Assembly: GCF_009914755.1 (NCBI RefSeq)
Contig: NC_060928.1
Reading direction: 5' to 3' (one strand)
Source: the human T2T-CHM13v2.0 reference genome, Homo sapiens
DNA length: 64,000 nt
Shown: positions 36,951 through 51,789 of the stretch, piece by piece
Numbering within the stretch: the first letter of the stretch is position 1
How the letters are laid out: each line of letters opens with the position of its first letter
Position numbers and translations under genes: made by a program
Notes under the pieces: generated by a model
Told to the model about the DNA's origin: nothing
Seen by the model: the letters and a program-made list of their open reading frames with translations, nothing else
Database searches by the model: none

Positions 36951-37162
36951 TTTTTTTTTTTTTTTGAGACAGAGTCTCGCTCTGTCGCCCAGGCTGGAGT
37001 GCAGTGGCACGATCTCTGCCCACTGCAAGCTCCGCCTCCCAGGTTCACACCATACAGGCACCCGCCACCACGCCCAGCTAATTTTTTGTATTTTTAGTAG
37101 AGACGGGTTTCACCGTGTTAGCCAGGAGGGTCTCCATCTCCTGACCTTGTGATCTACCCACC
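36951..37162 (-). mobile_element. AluY, 5'-truncated with internal deletion, with TSD
   Basis: ctgcaagctccgcc and caccgtgttagccagg; TSD aatcatatgactttt at 36940 and 37163. Confidence 0.92.
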
Positions 37163-38233
37163 AATCATATGACTTTTGTGTTTAATTCTGTTTACGTGTT
37201 GAATCAGGTTTATTGATTTGCATATGTTGTACTCACATTGCATCCCAGGAATAAGGCCTAACTGATCGTGGTGAATTAACTTTTTGATGTACTGCTGAAT
37301 TTAGTTTGCCAGCATTTTGTTGAGAATCTTTGCATCTATGTTCACCAGGAATATTAGCCTGTAGTTGTCTTTATTCATTGTGTCTTTGCCAGATTTAGGT
37401 ATCAAGGTGATGCTAGCTCGCTTTGTAGAATGAGTTAGGGAGAGGTCCCTCTTCCTCAATTTTTTGGAATAGTTTTAGTAGAATTGGTACCAGCTCTTCT
37501 TTGCACATCTGGTAGAATTTGGCTGTGAATTCTTCTGGTCCAGGGCTTTTTTGGTTGACAGGTTTTTTATTGCTGAATTCAAATTTGGAACTTGATATTG
37601 GTCCTTTCAGGATTTCAATTTCTTCCTGATTCAATCTGGGGAGCTTGTATGTTTCCATGGATTTATCCATTTCCTCTAGGTTTTCCAGTTTGTGTGTATA
37701 GATGTGGTCGTATTAGTCTCTGAGGATCTTTTGTATTTCTGTTAGATCAGTTGTAGGGTCATCTTTGTTGTATCTAATTGTGCTTATTTGAACCTCTGTT
37801 TTTTCTTTATTAATAAAGCTAATGGTCTATTGATCTTGTTTATCCTTTCAAATAATCAACTTTTGGTTTTGCGATCCTTTGTATAAATTTCTGAGTCTCA
37901 ATTTTATTCACTTCCACTCTGATTTTAGTTATTTATTTTCTTCCACTTGCTTCACGGTTATTTTGTTTTTGTTTTGTTTTCTAGTTCCTCTATGTGTGAT
38001 GTTACACTGTTAATTTGAGACCATTCTAACTTCTTGACATAAGCCTTTAGTGCTATGAACTTTCGTCTTAACACTGATTTTGCTGCATTTCAGGATATTG
38101 GTTTATTATGTCTCTATTTTTTATTTCAAAGAATTTTGTTTATTTATATCTTAATTTATTTGTTTACCCAAAAGGAGCAAGTTGTTTAATTTCTATGTAG
38201 TTAGGTGTTTTTGAGAACTCTTCTTGGTATAGT

Positions 38234-38541
38234 TTTGTTTTTTTTTTTTTTTTTTTTTGACTGAGTCTCACTCTGTTGCCCAGGCTGGAGTGCAGTGACT
38301 CCATCTCGGCTCACTGCAACCTCTACCTGCCAGGTTCAAGGCTATTCTCCTGCCTCAGCCTCCTGACTAGCTGGGATTACAGGCACATGCCACCATGCCC
38401 AGCTAATTTTTTTTTTTTTTTTTAAGTAGAGACCGGGTTTCACCATGTTGGTCAGGCTGGTCTCAAACTCCTGACCTCAGGATCCGCCCACCTCGGCCTC
38501 CCAAAGTGCTGGGATTACAGACATGAGCCACCATGCCAGCC
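38234..38541 (-). mobile_element. AluS element
   Basis: Poly-T, full dimer and an expanded middle T tract. Confidence 0.95.
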
Positions 38542-41210
38542 TAGATTTCTATTTTTATTCCTGTGGTCCAAAGGTATGGTTGGTATGACTTTGATTTTTT
38601 TGAATTTACTGAGAATTGCTTCATGGCAATGCATGTGGCCAGTCTTGGAATATGTTCTGCATGCAGACGAGAAAAATGTGTATTCTGTGGTTGATTGGTG
38701 GAGTACTCTGGGGATGTATATCAAGTACAGTTGATCAAGTGTTAATTTAAGTTCAGAATTTCTTTGTTAGTTTTCTGCCTTATAGATGTCTTTAATGCTG
38801 TCAGTGAGGTGTTGCAGCACCCCTCCACCCCGTCCATTATTGTATGACTGTGTCTTTTTGTAGGAGTAGATATGTGTTTTATAAATGTTTGTGCTCCAAC
38901 ATTGGTACGCGTATATTTAGAATAGTTAAGTATTATTGTTGAATTGAAGTCTTTATCATTATGCAATGCCCTATCATCATTATATAATGTCCTTCTTTTT
39001 CCCTTTTTTGCTGTCATTGGTTTAAAGTCTGTTTTATCTGATACAGGAATAGTGACCCCTGCTCTTTTTTGTTTTCCATTTGTGTAATAGATCTTTCTCC
39101 AACCTTTCACTTTAAGCTTATGGGTATCCTTACATTTAAGATGGTTCTCTTGAAGACAGCTGCTGGACGGGTCATTTTTTTTTTTAATCCAGCTTGGCAC
39201 CCTGTACCTTTTAAGTAGGACCATGTACCTTCAAGGTTACACCATGTACATTCAAGGTTAATGATGATATGTGAGGTTTTAATTCTATTGTGAAGTTAAC
39301 TGGTTGCTTTGTAGTTTCTACTGTGTAGTTGCTTCATAGAATCTATGGGCTACGTACTTAAGTGTGTGTTTGTGGTAGCAGGTGTAATTATTTTGTTTCT
39401 ATGTTAAGAACTCCTATATGGATCTTTTATAAGGTTGGTCTATTGGCAATAAGTTCCCTTTGTGATTATATGTCTGGAAAATGTTTCTCTTTTGCTTAAA
39501 AAGCTTAGTTTAGTGGTACATTAATTTTTTTTTTAAGAGTGCTGGCTATAGGCCTCAATCTCTTCTGACTTACAAGGTTTCTACTGGGAAGTTGCTGTTA
39601 ACCTGACTTTTCTTGTTGTTGCTGTTGAGGATCTGACCTTTTACTCTACCCGTCTTTAAGGTTTTTTTTTTTTTTTTTCTAGTGTTGACCTTGATCAGTC
39701 TGGTGATTATATGCCTGGTGATGTTTATTTTGTATAGTATCATACAAGTGATCTCTGGATTCTTGCATCTGGATACCTATTTCTCTAGCAAAATTAGAGA
39801 ATTATTTTTGCATTATTATCTCAAATATACTTTCCAAGTTGTTTACTTTTTCTTCTTCTCTCTCAGGAATGCCAGTGATTCATAGGTTTGATTGCTTTAC
39901 ATAATCCCATGTTTCTCGAAGACTTAATTCATTTTCTAATTTAAAAAAAAAAGATTTTTGCTTGACTAGGTTAGTTTGAAAACCTGATCTTTGAGCTCTA
40001 AAATTCTTTTACTGTTTGGCGTAGGCTACTGATGAAAGTCTTCAACTGTATTTTGAAATACACTAAGTGAATTTTTTAATTCTAGAAGCTCTGGTTATTT
40101 TTTTAAGATGTTAATCTCTTCCTTCATTTATTGGCTTTCTTTGGAAGTTTATTTGTGTTGATTTTCAACCTTGTCTTGAATATCATTCATCTTCCTTGCA
40201 ATCCAATTCTTTATCTGCCATTTTGGGGTTTCTATTTTGGTTAGGGAATATTGCTAGAGAGTGAGCGTGATCCTTTCATGCTGTCACAATGTTCAGATTT
40301 TTTTTTTTCTGGTGCCCAAAATTCTAATGCTGGCTCCTTTTCATCTGGAGATCCTGGCACTTCTAATTTGTGTAATTATTTTTGTGTGAATCGGATTTTT
40401 TTTCTCTCTTTCCCTATAATGTTGATTTCTGTTCTTTCCCTCTACCCCCTTCCTGGGGGGTATGACTGTAGAGAATGTTGGATAGGGTCTTTTGGCTTTG
40501 TTTCTTCACCCAACTTCTGTTGGGTGGTTTTATATTGGGCCATGCAGTTCAAGCTCCGGGCCAGTAGATATCACTTCTGGGTAAAAGCCAGCTGTGGCCA
40601 ATGTGGCTGGGTACATATATTTGAACCTTGTTTACTGCGAGATATTGCCTGAGACAATGGACTGATTCTTGGAATACATAATGGCCTGAGCTCCTTGCTC
40701 AGCTGTAGGGGTGAGCCAAGATGGACAGGGGCAAGCCAGGCAGGTCTGCCTAAAGGTTACCTGAAGGGAGAATTGAGGGCGCAGCCACCAAGCACCAAGA
40801 AATGTGCCTACGACTGGCGCTGGGAAACCTCTTGAGTGGTAACTTCTCTGCCCAGGGAGGGAGGGCAGCCTAAACTCCTAATCCAGGAGAGTGGATGTTT
40901 TATAAGCTTGGAGATCTGTCCAGGCATGGAGGGGAGAGGGCCTCACTTCACATGGTCTCTCCACAGAAATGGTGGACACTCAGGCTGTTGATATGGGTGA
41001 GTGAGTGCTCTGAATGCCTGGAGATCTGCCTGGGCATAAAACAGAGAGTGCTTTGCTGCACTGTGGTCTCTGCGTAAGAACGATGGGACAGATCAGACTG
41101 TTAATCCAGGTGAGCATGTTCTCTGAATGTCTGGAGATATGCCTGGGCATGGAGTAGAGAGGACCCCTCTGTACCTTCATCTCAGGGGAGCAGGCTGGGG
41201 CACCCAGCAA

Positions 41211-41217
41211 ACACACA

Positions 41218-41278
<61 letters not shown>
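41211..41278. repeat. (CA)n microsatellite within the L1 5'UTR
   Basis: About 33 CA units with one interruption. Confidence 0.95.
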
Positions 41279-41282
<4 letters not shown>

Positions 41283-41944
41283 TTCCAGGTCACCAAGTTG
41301 GTTTCTTCTCACCCAGGAGAAATCATGGCTACAGTAGTTCTTCTCTTGCCCTAGACCTGTGGCAAGGGGAGGGTACAATTCCAGTGCCTACTCCTGGGGC
41401 ACTTTCTACATTTCCTGCTCAATTCTGGCTCTGGAGGCTCCTACCAAACTCCAGAGCAAGCACTCCAATCGCTGGCCTGAGACTAAAATACCTGTGTAGT
41501 CACACTGTTGGGTTGCCGAAGAGTGACTGACTCTGTATGCTCCTGGATTAAAAATGGCATCCTGCTTTCAACTCCAGTCGGGGAAAATGCTGCAACTTTT
41601 CCCAATGTCTTTCCCTCTGAGTTTCTCCAAGCCTCTCCCCAAGTTAGCTCCAAAGCTGGGAGAAACAAAGGGCTCTCCCTTGGCCTGGACAAATCCCCAG
41701 TGGAAAGGTGAGTCACAAAGGAAAACTCTCTGCCCCTCTCATGTATTGAGACTTGACTCACTTTTGACAGCCAGATGCTGACACGGGGGCTGTTTGCACA
41801 TGGTCTTCTTTTTGGGATCTGGGGTGTCCTTCACAATTCCAGTAGATTCCCATTTTTCTTCTTGAATTAAAGTTCACAGCATTGATCTTTATGCACTGTT
41901 TTGCTGTTTCTCTGTGGCTGAGGCCATCTTGAAACAACAACAAA

Positions 41945-42488
41945 ACTTTCTTTTTTATATTGAATTGTTCTAGCTAGGATTGATAATCCTATGTTGAATA
42001 GGAGTCTCAAAATTAAGTATCTTTGTCTTGTTCCTGATCTTAGAGGAAAAGCTTTCAATTTTTCATAATTGCATATAATATTAGCTGTGGGCTTTTTATA
42101 TATGGCATGTATTAAGTTGAATTAATTTTCTTTTATTTCTAGTTTGTGAGAGTCTTTAACTTAAAAATGTGTCTATTTCGTCAAATACTTTCTCTGCATC
42201 TATTGAGATGATCATGTGGTTTTATGATTTTATTTTGTTAATATAGTGCATCACATTCATTAATTTTCATATATTGAACCACCCTTGCATCCCAGGGATA
42301 AGTCCAGCTTGATTATGGTGTATGATCATTTTAATGTTCTGTTGAAGTTAGTTTGCTGGTATTTTACTCAGGATTCTTGCATCTATGTTCATCAGAGATA
42401 TTGGCCTATAGTTTTTCTTTCTTGTGGTGTCTTTGCCCATCTTTGACATCAGGGTAGCGCTGGCCTCATAAAATGAGTTTTGAAGTGT
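41945..42488 (-). mobile_element. L1M ORF2 (RT region) fragment, probably a continuation of the 33135-34170 element
   Basis: Minus-strand peptide [11 protein letters not shown]...LLFNI; ctgcatctattgagatgatcatgtgg. Confidence 0.75.
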
Positions 42489-43139
42489 ATGGTTGTCAAT
42501 TTTTATTTGGTATCAGACATTGTGATTTTACCTTCAAAGGTGAAAAATATTTTGTATTACTATAAATATTATTGAGCTTTGTTACATAATGAATTTAAGT
42601 TATGTGAAAACAGTTTGATACTATAAGATCTTGCTTTTAAGCTAAGTTGGATCAGAGCTATATTTAGGCTAGGGATAATTTGCCACCCTGCTGAGATAAA
42701 ACCCGTCTAACTCTTTCCATACTCCACCTAATTCTCCATAACCATTAGTTTTTACCCTATATGAATGATAGGTATTGTTTCCTCTAATCCATTCTTGGGT
42801 TTTATTCTCCAGATAAGGGTTGTTCCTTTGTATGCTTGCACTGATCAGCGCTTAGCTGAAGATGTGAGGAGGACTCTGCAGATCCCCTGAGTTCTGTGTA
42901 CAGCTCATTCCTTTAGAGTGCTCTATCTTGCAAACTCTAGCCACCTTGGTCGCCTGGACTCTTGGCTCCATTTTCTTATCTTAGGGAGATCATTTGGATC
43001 TGCCTGTGTTTCTCTTAAATTCACCATGCCCTGGAATCTCAGGCTAGAGTGTAAGCAGGGGAAATTGTATCCTGTTTCTGAAAGCCACTATTGTTTGTTG
43101 CTTGATATTCAATGCCTTGAAAATAATTGTTTCATATTT
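42489..43139 (-). mobile_element. Old L1M 5' region fragment
   Basis: tttttatttggtatcagacattgtgattttacc resembles the antisense ORF1 start of L1MC/ME. Confidence 0.45.
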
Positions 43140-43153
43140 AAAAATGTAGTTGT

Positions 43154-43821
<668 letters not shown>

Positions 43822-44719
43822 GTTGAATCAAGTAGAAAGGTAAATATGGTCCTTATTAGTACATTTGACTAAAAGGAAATCTCAAATATAATTTTACCTA
43901 GACATAATATTTGATAGAAATAGCAAAAATCTGTATTATTATTTAAATATGCAAAACCAATATAGGAATATTGTGCATAGTGGACACTATTTCTACTTAT
44001 TTTAGCCACCTGATAATATAATATTAGTGGCTGTTAGAGCCTCTATTCACATGACAGTTCATCATAAATTTTTTGTGATGGGTATTTTGTCACACATTTT
44101 ATTGAATGGTTTATCTACAAAAATATTTATGGAGGATAGAGCATACATCTCACAAAAACGTTTGAGCTAATCAAGTAATTGCCTACCCCTCCTTAAAATA
44201 TTATAGTATTTATATAATTTAATTAATTTAATTAGTATAAAGATGCCTTAAAGGGCCAATGATAGAATGACATTTCCAAAAGATTATGTAATCAAAAGTG
44301 AAGAATGCTGGATTCTTATTCGTTGCTCGTGTTACCTCCTGTGTAGGCTATAATTACTGAATTTTCAGAAAAGCTATAAACTTCTTAGTTCAGGAACAGT
44401 GCCTCATCATTGTATCACTTTTTTACCCAGTACAATGCCTTTCCAATTAGATTGTAAAATAATTTATGTTTAACTCTCTAAAACTCTGTCTCAATTCTCA
44501 ATTAAATGGGGGGCTTAACTGGATGATTTCTTAAATGTGGTTGCAGCTCTAATATCCTCTGTTGTCATGCTTCTATGGATGTGGGACTGTAAATATTCTG
44601 TTTTTCATCTGTGAAGAAATTGAATCTCTTTCATTTTTCCATTAAATTTTGTCCAACAAGTAAAATGTTCTTTTCTTGTTTTGTTCTAAAGAAGGCAGAA
44701 GACTAAAATGATTGATTTC

Positions 44720-45080
44720 GCTAGTGTCATTTGCCAAATGTTTCTGACTCTATTCCTTCTGTACAATATGAGACTGCACATTCTAGGCCCCTGGGCTGCA
44801 TGACTAGTTCTGACCAATGAGCTGTAAGCAGACAGCAATGTGCCATTTTAGGGATACATCATCTAATTACTAGCTTGATACCCATCAGTGTTCTCATTTA
44901 TATCTACCACAATGATTGACAGTGATCAAGATGTTGGCTATTTCTGCTAAGCACAGTGAGCAGAGACCCTCCTTCCAACTAGTGTTGAACAGGTAAAGGA
45001 AGCAAAAAAGGGAATAGTTATTATTTTAAGTCATTGAAATTTGGGGGTGGTCATTACCACCATATAACCTCCTGACTATT
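44720..45080 (+). mobile_element. MLT1-like LTR fragment
   Basis: catgactagttctgaccaatgagctgtaagcaga and tttaagtcattgaaatttgggg resemble old MLT1 LTRs. Confidence 0.55.
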
Positions 45081-46924
45081 GTTATAAGTAAAACAAAAAA
45101 CAAACAAACAAAACAAAACAAAAAATAAAGCCATACTTTGAATAAGCTAACAGAATGATCTAAAGATTGAAATATTCAAACATTTTACTCAAAAGCTGCA
45201 ATCCCAGAGTTAGAACTTTTTAAATGTGAGTTGTAACACCCTTTCCAAAACAAAATACACAACAATAGGCAGCGAGAAGTAATGTTTAAGTGATGGTGAA
45301 GAATACATGAAAGTTTTAAGATCTCCAAATGAAAATTAACCTAAATGCCTGTAATATAAACATTGACATTGTTGCATATGTACTAAAGTATCTCTTTTAG
45401 ACAAAAATAAGTCACTGATAAGTCTGGTACTTATTTCAAGTATTTGTAATTAAAATTTATTTTGTGGCCTTTTTTATTGTTGAAAAAACCACTTATTTTA
45501 ATAAAATCAATGAAATAAAAAAGATAAATTAGTGTAACCATGAAAAGAATAAATGTTAAGTATGTGTTAAACAATACTGTTGAACTGTATTTTAAAAATC
45601 TCTCAGTTTAGCAAATGCCAATATAAAAAATCAGAAAACGTTTATGTATTCTGTTTTGGAAAAACAGAAGAATATGAGAAAATTTGCCATTGAAGTTTCA
45701 TTACTGTGAAAGACTTAGCAGAATGTTTACAAAATAATTTGGATTTTTTTTTTGGATTTTTAAATGCCTTCACGACTTGTCATTTCTCTCAAGTAAATTT
45801 TTAAATAATTTAAACTATTTCTTTTGTCTTCTTGGTGCTTTTAAAATTTGAAGAATTAGTTTTTATCCATTTATATAAACTGTTACTCAACAAAGAGATG
45901 TCCTTACCTCTGAGCCATTCCTAAACTGCAAGGTAATTTTATGCAAATGCTTATCTGAAAATAATACAGCAATAAGAAATGCAGTAATTACACCCATATT
46001 CCTAGAAACCTATTTCAACACGTTTTAGTTTGTCCCTATTTTCTTATTCTATTTGTGAATTTGCTGTGCATTTGTAACCATAAAAAGCATACAAATTGTG
46101 TTTGACTTTATTTTACTTATTAAAGTCAGTTCCATATTGGTACATCATCTTCATATTTGTAAACTTTTATTCTCAACCTGACTTGACATTAAACCTAAAA
46201 TATGCAGGTGCAGAGCCTAAATAAAGCCCTGGATGTGCTTCACTATTTCTAGTAATACTATAGGGCAGTCATCTGGATCACAACTTCTTGAATCCAATGC
46301 CTGAGCTTGGCAGTGATTCAATTTTTCTTTGGAGCAGCTCAAGTGCTAGAATGACCGAATAAAATTCAATCAGATTAAGTGCTTTTACAAAGGAGCTGGC
46401 TTTCCTTAGAGTGAAAATCAGATCTGCACCCTCATTATTTTTTGCTAGAATTATTACAAGGGCTAATCTTTCTGCTTCTACTCTTTGCCATCTGCAACAC
46501 ATTGTCTGCCCTGCTGCCAGAGGAATATGTAAACACGATCCGGTCTTGTGATTAACAATATTTGAAGTACTTCATGTTGACTGCAGGCTAACATCCAAAT
46601 TCCTTAGAATCATTTTCAAGATTCTTCATGATCTGTTCTCAATGTACAGACTCATTGATAAAGACGTCCTTAATTCTATCAGACAAAGTTAGTCACACTT
46701 CCTTCAGGCTCTCAATGTCTGTGTGCCATCTATTATGTCACTTGTCTTGTTTGAGTCTAATCATTTTATATATCTGCTCACTGGTCTGTGAACCCTTAAG
46801 GGAAGAGACTGAAATGTATTCATCTTTGTATCCTAAATGTCTCTCACTGTCTCTTCTGCAGTTCCTGTCTTTCCTAGTTCCACGTCTTCTTCCACAGAGG
46901 ATTTGACAATGAAATAATACAGTG

Positions 46925-47190
46925 TAAACAACAATGACCGTAATAATGACAGTATTTATTAAACCCCTGCTATTATTAGATATGATGCTATATGAAGTAC
47001 GTTACATAGATGTCCCAATTAATTCTCCTTAGCACATTATGAAGAGGTATTGTTTTTTTTTTTTTTTGCTCCCACATTATCCTCTGTGAGAAAATTAATC
47101 TTATAGAGGGTAAATAACTTGCCCATTGTCACACAGGCAGTAAATGGCAAAGCTATCATTTGAACCTAGTCTGATCTATAAAGTGTGGTG
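46925..47190 (-). mobile_element. MIR element
   Basis: agagggtaaataacttgcccattgtcacacaggcagtaaatggcaaagc...tttgaacc (MIR core, antisense). Confidence 0.75.
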
Positions 47191-47638
47191 TGACTTTCCA
47201 ATATTTGATACATAATCATCAGGCATGAAATAGTAAGGAGTTTATAATGTAGTCTAATTGAAAAATAAGTTACAGATATCAATGTAAAAAGGCAATGTTA
47301 CTACTAATAATCAACTAATTAGGATGAGACCATTTTTATGTATCCACTGTAATGTCTTGATAGTTGTGTTTCATAGGCCTAGAGATGTCTCTGAGTAGAG
47401 CACCAGTAATAATTCAAAAGCTGAAAGAAGTAATGAAATGCATGTGTGATAATCGTTTTTTAAAAACTTATTTAAAAGTATTTCCAAGTATAACAAACTG
47501 CAGCCTTCCTAACTGAACATAAATAAGAGTGTTGCCTATTTGACCAGCACATTGATCAAAGTGAATCTTGACCAGGGTATTGATTTAAGAGACTGTTCCA
47601 AAGAGACTATACCAAATGAGGTATAACTTATTTGCCTA

Positions 47639-48093
47639 TGTCTAAGTTTAGGTTCCTCTAGAAGCAAACCCTGAAACAAAAATTTGACTATAATAGTGTT
47701 TAGGAGGTAATCACAGAATGTAGAGTGGTGCGGTTCAGGGAATGTGAGAAAGGAAGACAGAAAAGGGAAAGTAGCCAGTAAAAGATGCATTGTCAAACTG
47801 CTGATCACTGTGGGCAACCGAGGTGTAATCCTGCTAGGAAACTATGGGAGACAATATGGAACATACCTCAGGGTTATCCCACCATACGACTATTTATTCT
47901 CTAACTTCCATTATTTGTTGGTTGATACTTGTTCTAGGGGAATTAATTTTTCCCAGAACTTCTGATCTGCCCTTTGTGCAGAGATGAGAGAAAGTACTCA
48001 CTTTGCTATCTGCAGAGATGTATAATAGGACCCTCTTGGCTTATACTGGAATGGTGAGTGCTAAGGAGACATTGATGTGCCAGCATCATCTGC
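47639..48093 (-). mobile_element. LTR33-like ERVL LTR
   Basis: tgtctaagtttaggttcctctagaagcaaaccctgaaacaa...taggaggtaatc. Confidence 0.55.
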
Positions 48094-48099
48094 TAGAGC

Positions 48100-48730
48100 T
48101 TATCTCTCATGAGCCTGTTCCTCCAGCAAAATAGATTTTTACCTTGAGCTACACACCCACATATATATAGATAGACATATAAATTGACAGATAGATGTGT
48201 ATATGATATATGAAAGCTACGTTCCAACTGGATGTCGTTTTGACGTCTCAACAGTACATGGTCAAAATTGAATTCATTATCGTTGCTCTCATTATTTGAA
48301 ACCTTCAATATGTCCCTCACACAGGCTCCTATGTCATTCTGTATTTCATCTGATCAGTTGCCCATGTCCAAAACGTAAGAGTCCTCTTTAGTCACTTCTC
48401 CTAGTTACCAAGTCGTGTGAATTCTCTTTCTACATAGATCTTGAACCTGTCCTCTGCAGGCCACCTTCAATTCTCACTTGAATTTCTACAACATTTTCCA
48501 AATTGGCTTATGGGCCTCTCTCAAATAATCTTATAGCACTCTATTAATCTTCTACACTATCCATTTCATTTTAAAATTGTAACTATTTGTCTTTCTGTAT
48601 CTCTCATTATAATATAAATGTCTTGAAGTTCAGAACTAGATTTTGTTCATTGTTTTATCTCAACTTTGGAGCCTGGCCTATATCAAACCTTCAGTAAATT
48701 ACTGTGACATGAGTGAATGAATGAATGAAT
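48100..48730 (+). mobile_element. L2 3' fragments
   Basis: cgtctcaacagtacatggtcaaaattgaattcatt; ends in a (TGAA)n L2 tail. Confidence 0.6.
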
Positions 48731-48920
48731 AGAATGGATCCTTTTATATTTCATGTGTACTAGTAATTTGATAGTAATTTGAGCTCAGGCACATAGAAAT
48801 TATTGAAAACATTTCAAAAGAGAAAGCCTTTGTCACACATGATTGGTCTTGCATTCTTTTTTGTCTACCCTTTCTCTGATTGGATTGTATATGACTCTGA
48901 AAAGTCATGAGCCTATTGAT

Positions 48921-49275
<355 letters not shown>

Positions 49276-50480
49276 TGAATGCAATTCCTCTTTAATTAAT
49301 AGACAAGTAATATGTACAATAGCTTGTCCTAATGTTTAAAAAACAATTGGCTTCATTGGGGATATCACCTTCATTCTAAGAACACTGTGAAGTGTAATGG
49401 TTCTCACAAGTAGGTGCAACATTCTGAATATTGATGTATCAAAGCACAATTAGTTGGGCTCTTTGACTTTGTTCAGAAGAATCAATGGCTCTGCATAATT
49501 ATGACCAGGTATGCTGAATTTCATTAACACTATTTTCCAGATCTGTGAATTATAAGCAAAACATCTATCTTACTACACTCCCATGGAAATTACTGACAAA
49601 TCTTTGTCATATTATATATATTTTTTGACATTTATCCTAAAATGAATTTCATGTTTTTACACATTTTTGTGCCCATATCATTATAATTTTGATGGGTTTT
49701 CAGACACTTTTCATTGTCTGAATATGTCAAAATTTACTTGTTTAATGAATATTGTTAAAAATAATAAATTATTAGGTTAAATAATGAATAAAGGAATACA
49801 ATTTTAAAAATACTTCTTTTTCATCTTCTCAGATGGTTCCAACAATGAAAAAAATGAACTTGAGATTTCTTTTTAGAGTTTTCACTGGGACTATGATAAC
49901 ATCTTGATTTGGATCTTAATTTAATCTTATTATGTGGTTGTGCTCAGTTAACAGTTATTTTAAATTGAATTTTAATTTATTCTGTTTAGAAGCTACAGTT
50001 GTTTTTCCCTTCAGGCTTTAAATACTGTCCAGCCATTGAAACACTCCATGACTAAAACTGACTAATTAAACATAAATATTACAGAAGTTAAATTTTTAGA
50101 TATCTTCAGGAAGTCCATCTAAACCTTAATTATGTGCTCCATGGAAACAGTTTTAATGCATATTACTCATCCTTATTTCTATTATATAACAACAGGAAAA
50201 ATGTACATCAACAAGAGCACAACATTTCAAAAACTGACAAATTTGAAACCCTGATACCAGAGGATAAAACAGTTGTTTCATTAAGAGTGAGTGTGAAAGG
50301 AGATCATTAATGCATTCCGTGAAGGAGCAGGATAACAATCATGCTGTACAAACTCTGGTTGGAAAGTATTAGACTAAGTCGTGTTTCCACAGTTGTCTGA
50401 TAACATAATGAATAAACAACAGAATAAGATATACAAGAGTTTTGTATTTGACACACCATTTTCTTTTCCCTCATCTCCAG

Positions 50481-50647
50481 CTGTAAGCATAAGATGTATC
50501 TGGAAAGGCTGCCAAACACCAGCATCATTATCCCATTTCATAATGAAGGTTGGACTTCACTCCTGCGGACCATACACAGTATAATTAACCGAACCCCAGG
50601 GAGTCTGATAGCAGAAATCATTCTAGTAGATGACTTCAGTGAGAGAG
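50481..50647 (+). CDS. GALNTL6: Internal coding exon (probably exon 5) of GALNTL6; start of the GT-A catalytic domain
   Basis: Acceptor ttttcttttccctcatctccag| and donor AG|gtaaga; 167 nt, phase 2 to 1. AA|C completes Asn with the upstream exon. Encodes [55 protein letters not shown]. Confidence 0.96.
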
Positions 50648-51704
50648 GTAAGATACAGTTGATAACATTTTATCTGATTCTGCTACCATTCACATAATCA
50701 TTAAGGACTTTTTAAAAAAGACAATGGGAGCTTCTTTCTGATTCCATCTGAAAGGTGATTATGAAGTTTTATCTATGTTGTGATTTCGTAAAATATTCAC
50801 CAAATGCAAAAGAAACTTAATGAGAAGCTATAGGTTTCATTTGGGAATCTGTAAGAAATTTGCATTACAATCTCTGTTGCAAATTAGGTGTTGGCAAAAT
50901 GCCTCAAATTCTACTTTCAGCTTCAGGACCAACACTGTAAAATATATTATTGTAAGTACATATGAATGGTAAAATATTTGAGTTAGAACTATAAAATTTG
51001 TTCCTATTTCTGAAAAGTATCTACTCTATTATTTACCAGTATGACACATACTCCAGGCTGTGCTTGTGTTACTTCATAAATATTAGAAACTATAAGGGAC
51101 ACAGGTACATATTTTTACTTGGTAATTCTAGCTATTTTATCTATCTGAACAATAACAGAAACAATCTAGTGTAATAGTATCTTACAAAATTTAGCATAAG
51201 TTTTAATACTTTTATAATTTTATATTTACCTTATAAAAATTTTATAATTTTGTAATTTACTTTCTATTGTATGAATATACTATAAAGTGCATTTTATAAT
51301 TTACCTTATATTTTATTGCACGAAGGAGCTACACTTAACTGTATATCTGTTAGAAAGAATGACAGTAAAATATTTTGATTGAATATTATTCTTATGTCTC
51401 AAAAGAGAATACAACTTGAGATCACATGGGTTAATGAAGTTTTGGAAGTTTTAATTGAAGTTAATTTGAAGTTTTGGAAATGTTATTTGTCACAGAAACA
51501 TCTTTTTTTCATAGTATTCAAAAATTCTGCAAAAGATAGACTGCTTGGTGTGCTAATTGTGAAGTTTCTTTGACAGAGGTAGTCAGTTAAAATACTGGTC
51601 TTTATACACTTCTTTTAAATACTGATTCAGAGGTTGCCTAGTATCTATATATACTGGGACTTACATGACAGAAAGGAGGTTGTTTGACACTACACTATTA
51701 ATAT

Positions 51705-51789
51705 GGCGGAGATTGCAGTGAGCTGAGATCGCACCACTGAACTCCAGCCTGGGTGACAGAGCGAGACTTCGTCTCAAATTAAAAAAAAA
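51705..51789 (+). mobile_element. Heavily 5'-truncated Alu 3' fragment followed by (AT)n
   Basis: ggcggagattgcagtgagctgagatcgcaccact...gtctcaaa. Confidence 0.9.

Noticed and set aside
40905-41165. Three ~105-110-bp spaced copies of tggagat(c/a)tg(t/c)c(c/t)(a/g)ggcat
   Set aside because: They lie inside the L1MA 5'UTR and are most simply intrinsic repeats of that element.
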